Origin: an uncultured Gammaproteobacteria bacterium
Lineage (GTDB): Bacteria > Pseudomonadota > Gammaproteobacteria > Pseudomonadales > JAHEGP01
Direction: 5' to 3'
Length of the DNA stretch: 64,000 nucleotides
Assembly (NCBI GenBank): GCA_963808975.1
Contig: CAWEHR010000009.1
Coordinates: 66,147-130,146, forward strand
The position numbers and the translations under genes are program-made. A model generated the notes under the pieces. It saw nothing but the letters and a program-made list of their open reading frames with translations, was not told where the DNA came from and did not search any database. Below are positions 18,931 through 27,986 of the stretch, piece by piece (the first letter of the stretch is position 1; each line of letters starts with the position of its first letter).

Positions 18931-19076
18931 CGTCGGAGTGAGCATGTGCGCAAAATCGACGCGAGATCAAGTGGTGTCCAGGCAAACAGCAGTGGGGACA
19001 TTCTGTACCCGGGTGAAAAACTCGCGAGCTCTTTTTCTGCATGGGCCAGATAAATAAATTGGCGTGTGCTGGTGCA

Positions 19077-19316
19077 TTATTCGGGCCGGTTCAGCAGGGC
19101 CTTGATCTCATCCGTGCTGGAAACCTTGCCCTCAATAACGATATCACCGTCGATCGCCAACGCCGGTGTGCGCATCACGCCCGCGTCGATAATCGCATTG
19201 GTATCAGTGATTTTTTCTACTTCGCAACTTTTGCCCAGCGCTTGAGCCGCGCACTGTGCATTGGCGGTGAGTCGCTTGCACTTGGCGCAGCCGCTGCCGT
19301 AAATAGTGAATTTCAT
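19077..19316 (-). CDS. thioredoxin-fold small redox protein (TM0996/MTH895-like)
   Basis: 79 aa. '[10 protein letters not shown]' CxxC and '[15 protein letters not shown]'. This type is typically found next to a COG0701 permease. Confidence 0.8.
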   Translation of the reverse strand: MKFTIYGSGCAKCKRLTANAQCAAQALGKSCEVEKITDTNAIIDAGVMRTPALAIDGDIVIEGKVSSTDEIKALLNRPE

Positions 19317-19340
19317 TGACTTGTCCTCACTGTTTCCTGT

Positions 19341-20660
19341 TCAAATCCAATTGCCGTAGACGAAGCCCGTGGTGGTGGCCATCACAACTACCAGGCCACT
19401 GTAAACGACGGTTTTTTGGGTGCCGAGAATCGTACGAATTACCAGCATATTGGGTAGGGACAACGCGGGACCTGCCAACAACAATGCCAGCGCCGGGCCT
19501 TTGCCCATCCCGGCCCCCATCAGCGCTTCCACGATGGGGACTTCGGTAAGCGTTGAAAAATACATCAGTGCGCCCATTACCGATGCAATGACGGTGGAAG
19601 ACAATGAGTTGTCTCCCACGGCTGCCGATACCCACTCGGAGGGGATGAGCCCTTCATGCCCGGGACGACCGAGGGCCAGACCGGCGATAAACACCCCACC
19701 CAACAGCAGCGGTAGAATTTGTTTGGCAAAATCCCAACTCTGCGCTGCCCATTCCTGGTCCTGCTCGCGGGTCATGGCAACGATCATCAGCCCAGCAATC
19801 CCCAGGGCAAAGGGCAGTTCGGGATGTCCGGGAGCCATTAACATCGCGGCAACCAATACCGCCGCCAACAGGCCAAGCTGGACTGGTGACCATTGCCAGC
19901 GCCAGATCAGTAGCAGCCCCAATGTCGTGCTCAATGCAGCGGTAATGGGCCACTTCCAGCTAAACACCGCCAGCCACCAGCCAGCATCGGCGGGAGCCCA
20001 GTTGGCAAATACCAGGATGGCGACCATGAGCCCAAAAAAAATGATCAGTAGCGCCGGTGACTTTTCCTGGCCTTCGGCCTCGAATCCCCGGCTAGTGGTA
20101 GCTGAGCGGGCCGCTTCTTCCCTGCGGTACAGGAAATGCATTAGCAGGCCGATCACCACCGAAAATACAATCGCGCCGATCCCGCGGGCGATACCAATTT
20201 CCGCCCCCAGTACCTTGGCGGTGATAACAATCGCCATGATATTGATCGCCGGGCCGGAATAGAGAAAAGCAATGGCTGCTCCCAATCCGGCACCGCGCTT
20301 GTAGATACCGCCAAACAAGGGCAATACTGTGCAGGAACAGACCGCCAGCAGAGTGCCCGAGACAGAGGCCACGCCCAGGGCGATAGGCTTGGGAGCGGTG
20401 GGCCCAAGATAACGCATAACTGAACCCTGACTGATGTATGTCGCCATCGCGCCGGCTATCAAAAAAGCCGGTAGCAAACACAATATGACATGTTCGCGGG
20501 CATACCAGTTGGTGAGCCGCAAGCCTTCCAGTATGGCATTTTCAAACCGTCCATTGCCGACCGGCATAAAATAAATGGCGAGGAACACAGCCAGTATGAG
20601 GGCCAGTAGCTTTGCCCGCTGAGGGTTTTCCTGATAGAGCACTTGTAGACGAGTATGCAT
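19341..20660 (-). CDS. COG0701/DUF318 permease (ArsP-family)
   Basis: 439-aa polytopic protein with the signature 'LLAVCSCTVLPLFGG'. Confidence 0.8.
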   Translation of the reverse strand: MHTRLQVLYQENPQRAKLLALILAVFLAIYFMPVGNGRFENAILEGLRLTNWYAREHVILCLLPAFLIAGAMATYISQGSVMRYLGPTAPKPIALGVASVSGTLLAVCSCTVLPLFGGIYKRGAGLGAAIAFLYSGPAINIMAIVITAKVLGAEIGIARGIGAIVFSVVIGLLMHFLYRREEAARSATTSRGFEAEGQEKSPALLIIFFGLMVAILVFANWAPADAGWWLAVFSWKWPITAALSTTLGLLLIWRWQWSPVQLGLLAAVLVAAMLMAPGHPELPFALGIAGLMIVAMTREQDQEWAAQSWDFAKQILPLLLGGVFIAGLALGRPGHEGLIPSEWVSAAVGDNSLSSTVIASVMGALMYFSTLTEVPIVEALMGAGMGKGPALALLLAGPALSLPNMLVIRTILGTQKTVVYSGLVVVMATTTGFVYGNWI

Positions 20661-20691
20661 GGTAAATTCGTTACATCGCGAATATATTCTT

Positions 20692-20992
20692 GGGCAACTC
20701 TGATCAATTCGGTAATGCTTCAGCGGAGCCTCTGGCGTTCATTGGCAAGGCGCGCCGCGAAGGTCAAGGCTGGTTGTCCTTGACGAGTGGTGCAAGCGGA
20801 TGGCCGCCCCCTTGTCCAATGGGCGCCAGAGGCCCGCCCTGCGGGGCTTCGCTTAGAGCGCCTACTGTTGGTGCGTCGCGTTCGTCTACTGCGTTACAGC
20901 CGTTTGGAAGGCAACCAGCCTTCCTGTACGACTGCGCCTTGTGGACAAACGCGACGCAAGGCCTGAAGCGTCACCGAATTAATCAGAGGTGC
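20692..20992. mobile_element. 301-bp MITE-like repeat, copy 1 (the repeat is certain; mobility is inferred)
   Basis: 299/301 identical to 47719-48019 (differences at 20907 and 20927). The termini are imperfect inverted repeats with 26 of 31 positions matching (GCAACTCTGATCAATTCGGTAATGCTTCAGC vs the reverse complement of the 3' end). Nested internal inverted repeats are present and there is no credible ORF. Confidence 0.6.
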
Positions 20993-21048
20993 CCTTGATA
21001 TGTTTTTTTAACGCATCTCCAGTATCGCCATTCGGTCGCAGGTGATTT

Positions 21049-21393
21049 TTAGCAACACGACTTTATTCTCTGGGGTCTGTCACCCATGGCAGCCAGCCTT
21101 TTTCGGTTGCCGTCCACAAAGGCGTTGTTGGCTTTGGCACTGGTCGCCAGTACCTGTTTGGCCCATGCCGGCAGCGCCGGATTAATCCTGTAAAAAACCC
21201 ATTGCCCCTGGCGACGATCGATCAGTAGCTCGCACTTCCTCAATTGGGCAAGGTGGCGTGATACCTTGGGCTGGATTTCCTCCAGGGCTTCGGTCAGTTC
21301 GCATACGCACAGTTCCTTCTCCTGCTCAATCAACAGCAGGCAGCGCAATCGTGTTTCATCGCTTAGGCATTTGTAGAATTGCACGGGATTCAT
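21049..21393 (-). CDS. arsR: ArsR/SmtB-family metalloregulator
   Basis: From 'MNPVQFYKCLSDETRLRCLLLI', with 'ELCVCELTEAL' (CVC As(III) site context), wHTH 'VSRHLAQLRKCELL' and a C-terminal 'SCC'. The track ORF extends to 21582, but I consider that 5' extension spurious. Confidence 0.85.
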   Translation of the reverse strand: MNPVQFYKCLSDETRLRCLLLIEQEKELCVCELTEALEEIQPKVSRHLAQLRKCELLIDRRQGQWVFYRINPALPAWAKQVLATSAKANNAFVDGNRKRLAAMGDRPQRIKSCC

Positions 21394-21549
21394 GAGCAGG
21401 ACGTACTCTCCTGGGTTTTCGTGAGCGCAAACGCCTGAATAGAAGACGCCACGGCGAGGCGGGCGAATCGCCCTGTGCATACCAATAGAGCGGAGCGCCT
21501 CATCATTGTCCTTCCTGGGCTGTCCCCTATGGTCATATCGGGCATTATT

Positions 21550-21577
21550 ACATATATACATAAAACCGTATATATGT
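21550..21577. promoter_or_regulatory. AT-rich perfect inverted repeat, candidate ArsR operator/promoter
   Basis: ACATATATAC (21550-21559), 8 nt, then GTATATATGT (21568-21577), upstream of arsR in an otherwise GC-rich context. Confidence 0.35.
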
Positions 21578-22341
21578 TTCATCGTATATTAAACGAGTGC
21601 CCTGGTGACCCAGGCGCTGTGGTTGCAGCGTGTGTTTAATCGAACTGCGTGCGATCGAGGAGTGCCCTGGTGTGGTGTCACAGTCACTGTAACTGCCGAT
21701 AGATCGGATCGCGCATCGAATGCCCGGTGATGATTGAGGTTATCCGGTGTGCCGGCCCCGTCTGGCCTGTGGTTCAATTCAGGGGAACCACCTGAGAGTA
21801 ATCGCCGCTACCGGGCCGTCGAGGTTCAAGTCGGCTGCGATCTCGCTGGCGGGAGGGCCATAGTGGAGATAGCGCCATGGGGCGATTACATCTCACTAGC
21901 CGAACTGATAACCGCCCCCCGGTTATTACAACCCTGCCAAAGAGGGCGTGCAACTATCGTGACAGATGGGTGCGACCGCCGTTCTGTGATTAGAGGTCGA
22001 ATTGGCGTCCAGCCAACGTGGACTTCAAGAAGAAGCGCGTTTATTCTTCTTACTACCCCAACGTGTCTGGTGTGCCGATGCCAGCTAGAATACGAAGAAA
22101 GCTTTCGACCTTTTCCGCGGGCCATCCCAGCCGTAGTGTTTGAAGGATCCGAAGCCCAGTTCGGCGCCTAACCGGTTGGGGAGGTGATTCCACCATTTAG
22201 CGGTATAGCGAGAAAGTATCCATTAGAACTAATGCCGTCTAACGAAATGATTAAGTGTGCGTTATGGATAATCTTACGGGGGTGGCCCTATGTTTGGAGT
22301 TGAATCCAAATATGTTCGCATAATTCGAAAAGTTTATATTT

Positions 22342-23421
22342 ATGTTGGAAATTAGGCGTCCAGGTTTAGACCAGTTCTCAAAGATGGAAAAAGAGTGGGA
22401 TGAATTACTCTCGAAAACCAATTCAGACAAGTTGTTCTTGTCCTGGGCCTGGATGTATAACTGGTGGCTACACTGCTCGACAGAGTTAGACGAATTAGTA
22501 TTGCTGTTGGCATACGATGATCAAGAGCTTGTTGGTATTGCGCCATTATTCAGAACAAAGCAGAGAATAAAATATGCCCTGAGTTCGACAAGGATTTTAC
22601 TGATTGGGACCAATCCCAAGGGACATAAGGCGTTTAGAGCTGAATATCTGGAATTTATCGTACCACCTCAACAAGAATATGTGGTGCAGGAATTCTACAA
22701 ATATATTTTTGACAACATTAAGTTTTCCGAAATTTATTTTCTGGACCTGGTTTTAGATTCCGCTACCCATCAATATCTTCATCTCCTCAGGGGCTACAAA
22801 AGACAATTGGGTATAGGTTCTACTTTCGTTATAAAGACGTCGGGGTCATTTGACGAATTCCTCAAATGTTTGGGCAAAAGAACCAGGATAAAGAGCTATA
22901 ACCAGCGAAGTAAGCTCAAATTACAGGGCGATTTGAAACTGGAATATGTAAGCAGAAGCAATATTGAGTTTGTTTTTGAGTTGCTTTACGAATTTCAGAA
23001 AGATAGATGGAACATTGGTAAAAGTGAGTTGGATAATAGAAAGATTTTTCTTGAGCAATTACTAGCCTCACCAAAAATACACATTAGTGGAGTAATCTTG
23101 CTTTTTAATGACGATCCAATTGCTTGTACTTTGAACCTGAACCTGGGGAACCGTGTCTACAATTTGCAACTGGCATATCGGCAAGGGTTTGATAACAAAT
23201 ATTCCCTTGGTCTTTTGATTGCTGTGTACGATGCGGAGTTGTATTTCAAAGAAGGTAGCGTGCACTTTTTTGACTTGCTGGAGGGTAAAGGGAAAAGTAA
23301 AGAGTACAAGTCCCACATTGCCCAAGAGGATCGGGTTCTGGTGGGTGTCACGGTTTTTAAAAACCCCTTTTATTCGGTAATTTATAGAATCTATGATTAC
23401 CTGACGGATCTTCACAAATAA
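22342..23421 (+). CDS. GNAT-type acetyltransferase, CelD/BioF2-like (Acetyltransf_6-like)
   Basis: 359 aa. N-terminal 'EWDELLSKTNSDKLFLSWAWMYNWW' is typical of this family. The gene is strongly AT-rich relative to its flanks. Confidence 0.6.
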   Translation: MLEIRRPGLDQFSKMEKEWDELLSKTNSDKLFLSWAWMYNWWLHCSTELDELVLLLAYDDQELVGIAPLFRTKQRIKYALSSTRILLIGTNPKGHKAFRAEYLEFIVPPQQEYVVQEFYKYIFDNIKFSEIYFLDLVLDSATHQYLHLLRGYKRQLGIGSTFVIKTSGSFDEFLKCLGKRTRIKSYNQRSKLKLQGDLKLEYVSRSNIEFVFELLYEFQKDRWNIGKSELDNRKIFLEQLLASPKIHISGVILLFNDDPIACTLNLNLGNRVYNLQLAYRQGFDNKYSLGLLIAVYDAELYFKEGSVHFFDLLEGKGKSKEYKSHIAQEDRVLVGVTVFKNPFYSVIYRIYDYLTDLHK

Positions 23422-23440
23422 GTGAGAATAGGAAACCAGC

Positions 23441-24079
23441 ATGGTTCCATACGACATGGGTTCTTTTGCGCGGCGTCTGAAATCGAAAACTTCACTTGAA
23501 CTCGTCCAGGCCGTCTTTATCAGGTTTACTGCCAAATTCATATATCTCGATTGTCTGCTTCTGCTCGAATTATCTCAGCTACCAGTCTTTTCTGATCGTT
23601 TGATCAGGGGCAGGGGGCAGGTTCGAGAGGCAGTCGCTGGAGATATTCACGGAATGTCATTATGTGAAGGCAAGCCGCCACATCTCTTCAAGGAAAGGTT
23701 TGAAAGGGGAGATTTTGCAGTCGTCGGCCTGATAGATGGCAAGGTAGTGGGTTATGAATGGTTTTCCATCAGAGACTATTACTATGATGAACACTATCAC
23801 TTTGGTTTTAACCTCGAACCGGGCCATGTTTTCGCTTACGATGGGTATATAAGTGTTGAATATCGGGTCACGGGATTTTATCCAAAATTCAAGCAGTTTC
23901 TGGCCCAAAAAATGGTAGAAATGAATTTGACTACCGTGGTTTGTCTGGTCGATGTGAATAATCGCGTGGCAAAAAATACGTGCTTGCGTTCAGGTTTTAA
24001 GCATATTGCGACTTATTGGGTTGTGAAACTTGCTGGATACAGGTTTTCGGTCAAGTCCCAAGTCAAACCTAAAAAGTAG
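23441..24079 (+). CDS. putative GNAT N-acetyltransferase
   Basis: 212 aa with a weak GNAT-like C-terminal half ('VVCLVDVNNRVAKNTCLRSGFKHI'). It shares the low-GC islet and lies 19 nt after the previous gene. Confidence 0.45.
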   Translation: MVPYDMGSFARRLKSKTSLELVQAVFIRFTAKFIYLDCLLLLELSQLPVFSDRLIRGRGQVREAVAGDIHGMSLCEGKPPHLFKERFERGDFAVVGLIDGKVVGYEWFSIRDYYYDEHYHFGFNLEPGHVFAYDGYISVEYRVTGFYPKFKQFLAQKMVEMNLTTVVCLVDVNNRVAKNTCLRSGFKHIATYWVVKLAGYRFSVKSQVKPKK

Positions 24080-24141
24080 ACCAGCCTACGGGCACCAGAA
24101 TCAGTTATAAGTCTTCAAATCCCTACTTGAGATCTTCACCC

Positions 24142-24489
24142 ATGAGCAATTGTCCTGCGTGTACCCAATGCCAATCACAGTTTACATATGAAGATCGCGG
24201 TTTACTGGTCTGCCCGGAATGCGCACACGAATGGCCAATAACCTCCAGCGATGATCACGGTGAAGAACCGGTTAAGGTGAAAGATGCCAATGGCAATGAC
24301 CTCTATGAGGGCGATAACGCCACGCTGATCAAAGATCTGAAAGTTAAAGGCAGCTCGAGCGTTTTAAAAATTGGCACCAAAATCAAGATTAACCGCATCG
24401 TTGATGGCGATCACAATATCGATTGTCGCGTCGAAAAAGTTGGCGAAATGATGCTGAAATCAGAATTTGTCAAGAGAGCCAATAGCTGA
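24142..24489 (+). CDS. yjdM: zinc-ribbon protein YjdM/PhnA
   Basis: 'MSNCPACTQCQSQFTYEDRGLLVCPECAHEW' zinc ribbon plus 'KVKGSSSVLKIGTKIK...IDCRVEKVGEMMLKSEFVKR'. Confidence 0.85.
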   Translation: MSNCPACTQCQSQFTYEDRGLLVCPECAHEWPITSSDDHGEEPVKVKDANGNDLYEGDNATLIKDLKVKGSSSVLKIGTKIKINRIVDGDHNIDCRVEKVGEMMLKSEFVKRANS

Positions 24490-24614
24490 TCGTCCCAGCA
24501 GGATTAGTGGGTAAGGGGCAGGGCTAGCGCGGTGAAACATACGGCGGAAATCGACCCGGCACCCCCCAGTGCGGGGTGTCGAGAACTACCGGAAATTGGG
24601 CGACCGCAAAAAAG

Positions 24615-25064
24615 TTATAGCCGCTCAATCATCTTACTGAGTTGAACCCCGAGCCTTCTGTGTCGCTGCATCGATTCGTCGTAGCGCGTCCGGTCGATTC
24701 GCGACTGCTCTGAATCATAGCGTGCCTCACCGCGGCCCCAGCTATCGCGCCGATGACTTATCACGGCCAGCAGTAAAATCGAGGAGGAGAGTTCCTCGAT
24801 ATAGCCCTCCAGGGTGAGGGTCATCTTGCGGCTGAAGGTGGTGCTGGGCTCAATTTCTGCTGCGTGGTGAAGGCTCGAAGAAATCTCGGTCAGGCTCTCT
24901 GCCATCGCTTTGAGTTCGGCTTCCATGTCGCCGTAGCGTGGATCACTGTCTTTGATCCTGGATAATTTCTTGAACAGTGAGACTGAAAACATCGTGTCGT
25001 GAATTTCAGCATATCGGCCATGGATGCTGGAAACCCGGTGGGCCAGGGTGACAAGTTGTGTCAT
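24615..25064 (-). CDS. hypothetical protein (149 aa, probably helical)
   Basis: Track ORF with no competing frame. I recognised no motif. Confidence 0.45.
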   Translation of the reverse strand: MTQLVTLAHRVSSIHGRYAEIHDTMFSVSLFKKLSRIKDSDPRYGDMEAELKAMAESLTEISSSLHHAAEIEPSTTFSRKMTLTLEGYIEELSSSILLLAVISHRRDSWGRGEARYDSEQSRIDRTRYDESMQRHRRLGVQLSKMIERL

Positions 25065-25395
25065 GGATCGATTATCTCGTTAAAACTGGCAGGGGAAGAA
25101 ATACCCTCCCCAACGCGACAGGGTGCCAGTATACGCTACTCCGTCTCCCATTCCACAGGCCATAGAACTGGGAAGCGCTGACGGTAAACAACGCGCTAAT
25201 TCAAACTCGGAGGTTGATCGCTGTTGGCTGCGAAACCGCCGTGCTGTTGCGGGATGGCCGGGGTGGTTTTTCCACGAAAAGGGGGTTTATACTTGCGCAC
25301 TCGCAAATCAGCCGTTCTTGGCCTTTCGACCCCCAGCGACTGGAAACATTGGATCACCGGTCCATCATTCTGGTTGCCAACGGAAAGGATATGCC

Positions 25396-27843
25396 ATGGC
25401 ACACGCACATCACCACACGGGCTCAGCCGAAGTTACCCGCGATCCAGTTTGCGGCATGACCGTCGATCCGCAGGCACAAAAACCCTCGGCCACGCATGAA
25501 GGGCACACCTACCATTTCTGCTCGAGCGGGTGCCGAGCCAGGTTCATCGCAGACCCAGGCACCTATCGCTCGGCCAGGGACGCGGTCTGCGGCATGACAG
25601 TAGAGCGTGCCACGGCCGCGCATGTCGCCAGGCACGACGGCGAGCGGTTCTACTTCTGTTCCTCTGGCTGCCAATCCCGGTTCGAAGCTGACCCCGACGC
25701 CTATCTTGGCGACCGACCCACGCCCAGGGCGATGCCGGAGGGGACGGAATATACCTGTCCGATGCATCCCGAAATTGTGCAGGATCACCCGGGGGATTGC
25801 CCCAAGTGCGGCATGGCATTAGAGCCGATGACGCCTTCGGCTGACAGCGGCCCCAACCCGGAGTATGTCGACTTCAAGCGCCGTCTCCGCATCACCGCAC
25901 CGCTGGCCCTGGCGATTTTCATCCTGGAAATGGGCAGTCATGTCGGCATCCCCTTTGCCGACTGGATGGGCCACACCTTCTTTAGCTGGTTGCAATTGGC
26001 GTTGGCGACGCCGGTTGTCTGGGTTTGCCGATCATTTTTCAAGCGCGGTTGGTCGTCGATTGAGCACCGCTCTCCCAATATGTGGACGCTGATTGCCATG
26101 GGCACGGGAGCCGCTTACCTGTTCTCGATCGTGTCGCTACTTGCCCCCGGTCTGCTGCCCGCGCAGATGCAGGACAGCATGGGGATGACCCCGGTGTACT
26201 TCGAAGCGACGGCGGTGATCCTGGTGCTGGTGCTGGTCGGGCAGGTCATGGAACTGGCTGCCCGTGAACGCACGGGGGATGCCATTCGCGCGCTGATGGA
26301 TCTTGCGCCCAAGGCGGCGCGGCGGGTTCGTGGCGACAGCGAGGAAGACGTTCCCCTGGATGAATTAAGCACCGGTGACATTCTGCGGGTGCGCCCTGGC
26401 GAAAGCGTGCCGGTGGATGGGGTGGTGACCGAGGGACGCTCTTCGGTGGACGAAAGCATGATCACCGGTGAACCGGTCCCGGTCGAGAAAGTCGAGGGCG
26501 AGGCGGTCACCGGCGGCACGTTGAACAAGACCGGCAGCTTCCTGATGGAAGCCCGCTCGGTTGGTGGCGACACAACGCTGAGCCGTATCGTGCAGATGGT
26601 CGCCAGCGCGCAACGTTCCCGCGCCCCGATCCAGGCGCTGGCGGACCGGGTGGCGGAATACTTCGTGCCGGCGGTGGTTGCGTCGGCGCTGCTGGCTTTT
26701 GTTGCATGGTGGATATTGGGGCCACCGCCTGCGCTGTCCTACGCCTTTGTCGCGGCGGTTTCGGTGCTGATCATCGCCTGCCCCTGTGCCCTGGGCCTGG
26801 CTACGCCCATGTCCATCATGGTCGCCACAGGTCGTGGGGCCAATGCGGGTGTCCTGATTCGTGATGCGGAGGCGCTGGAACGCTTTGCCAAAGTCGATGT
26901 GCTGATCGTCGATAAGACCGGCACCCTGACGGAAGGGAAGCCCACCTTGACGGATGTGGAAGCGGCAGACATCGACGAGGCCGACCTGCTTTCCCTGGTG
27001 GCCGCGCTGGAACGCGGCTCCGAACACCCCCTGGCCGAAGCGATCGTGGACGGCGCCCAGGAGCGCGGCGCGACGCGGCAGGACAGCACCGATTTTGATG
27101 CCGTGACCGGCAAGGGCGTCACTGGTACGGTCAATGGCCGCAAGGTCGCGCTGGGTAACCGCGCGCTGATGCAGGAGCTTGGCGTTGAAATCGCGAACCT
27201 GTCCCGGGCCGAGGCACTTCAGGCTGAGGGCAAGACAGCCATGTTTGTCGCCGTGGACGGGCAATTCGCGGGTTTGGTCGCGGTTGCCGACCGCATCAAG
27301 GAGAGCACGCCCGTCGCCATTCGCGCCTTGCATGAGCTTGGCTTGCGCATTGTCATGGCCACCGGGGATGCCGGGACTACGGCGCGGGCGGTGGCGCGGG
27401 AGTTGGGCATTGACGAGGTGCACGCAGGTGTCAGTCCCGAAGGCAAGGGTGCGCTGGTTCGCAAACTGAAGGAGGAGGGCCTGTTGGTAGCCATGGCCGG
27501 TGACGGGGTGAACGACGCCCCGGCGCTGGCCGAAGCCGATGTGGGTATCGCCATGGGCAGCGGCGCGGATGTGGCAGTTGAGAGCGCAGGTATCACCCTG
27601 GTCAGGGGCGATCTGGGTGGCATCGTTCGGGCGCGCAAACTGGCCCAGGCCACAATGCGCAACATCCGACAAAACCTGTTCTTTGCCTTCATCTACAATA
27701 CGGCCGGGGTGCCGCTGGCGGCGGGTATTCTCTATCCATTTCTTGGCGTACTGCTCTCGCCCATCGTGGCGGCGGCGGCGATGAGCCTGTCGTCGGTGTC
27801 GGTCATTGGCAACGCGCTGCGCCTGCGCGCACAAGCACTGTGA
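25396..27843 (+). CDS. copA: copper(I)-translocating P1B-type ATPase
   Basis: ATG 25396 follows GGAAAGGA. Two TRASH/YHS-like 'DPVCGMTV...FCSSGC' modules, 'CPMHPEI..CPKCGM', TM 'CPC' ([13 protein letters not shown]), 'DKTGTLT' and 'GDGVNDAP'. Confidence 0.9.
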   Translation: MAHAHHHTGSAEVTRDPVCGMTVDPQAQKPSATHEGHTYHFCSSGCRARFIADPGTYRSARDAVCGMTVERATAAHVARHDGERFYFCSSGCQSRFEADPDAYLGDRPTPRAMPEGTEYTCPMHPEIVQDHPGDCPKCGMALEPMTPSADSGPNPEYVDFKRRLRITAPLALAIFILEMGSHVGIPFADWMGHTFFSWLQLALATPVVWVCRSFFKRGWSSIEHRSPNMWTLIAMGTGAAYLFSIVSLLAPGLLPAQMQDSMGMTPVYFEATAVILVLVLVGQVMELAARERTGDAIRALMDLAPKAARRVRGDSEEDVPLDELSTGDILRVRPGESVPVDGVVTEGRSSVDESMITGEPVPVEKVEGEAVTGGTLNKTGSFLMEARSVGGDTTLSRIVQMVASAQRSRAPIQALADRVAEYFVPAVVASALLAFVAWWILGPPPALSYAFVAAVSVLIIACPCALGLATPMSIMVATGRGANAGVLIRDAEALERFAKVDVLIVDKTGTLTEGKPTLTDVEAADIDEADLLSLVAALERGSEHPLAEAIVDGAQERGATRQDSTDFDAVTGKGVTGTVNGRKVALGNRALMQELGVEIANLSRAEALQAEGKTAMFVAVDGQFAGLVAVADRIKESTPVAIRALHELGLRIVMATGDAGTTARAVARELGIDEVHAGVSPEGKGALVRKLKEEGLLVAMAGDGVNDAPALAEADVGIAMGSGADVAVESAGITLVRGDLGGIVRARKLAQATMRNIRQNLFFAFIYNTAGVPLAAGILYPFLGVLLSPIVAAAAMSLSSVSVIGNALRLRAQAL

Positions 27844-27986
27844 CCCCAGGGAGACGGTTCGGCGCACCGCTTCTGCGAAGCCCTTTGCAGCCGGCGGTTC
27901 CCGCAGGCCAGGCCCATCGCGATATGTCACGCGGCAGATGGGCATTATAAGCCCGGCAGCTATTGACAATGTTTCTGCCGCGGAAG

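Noticed and set aside
18743-19042. 5' extension of the GAPDH ORF, including a (Met-Ala)n stretch
   Set aside because: The MAMAMA run is just the hexanucleotide microsatellite read in frame. GAPDH homology starts at '[12 protein letters not shown]' with its own AGGAGA. Similar spurious 5' extensions were trimmed for arsR (to 21582), copA (from 25123), the permease (to 29873), the TonB receptor (from 34579), aspA (to 41639), mltF (to 57302) and purL (from 57081).
21800-21850. tRNA/tmRNA 3' fragment suggested by 'GAGGTTCAAGTCGGC'
   Set aside because: The flanks cannot form a 5-bp T-stem or an acceptor stem, and there is no CCA context. The resemblance to GGTTCAAGTCC is probably chance.
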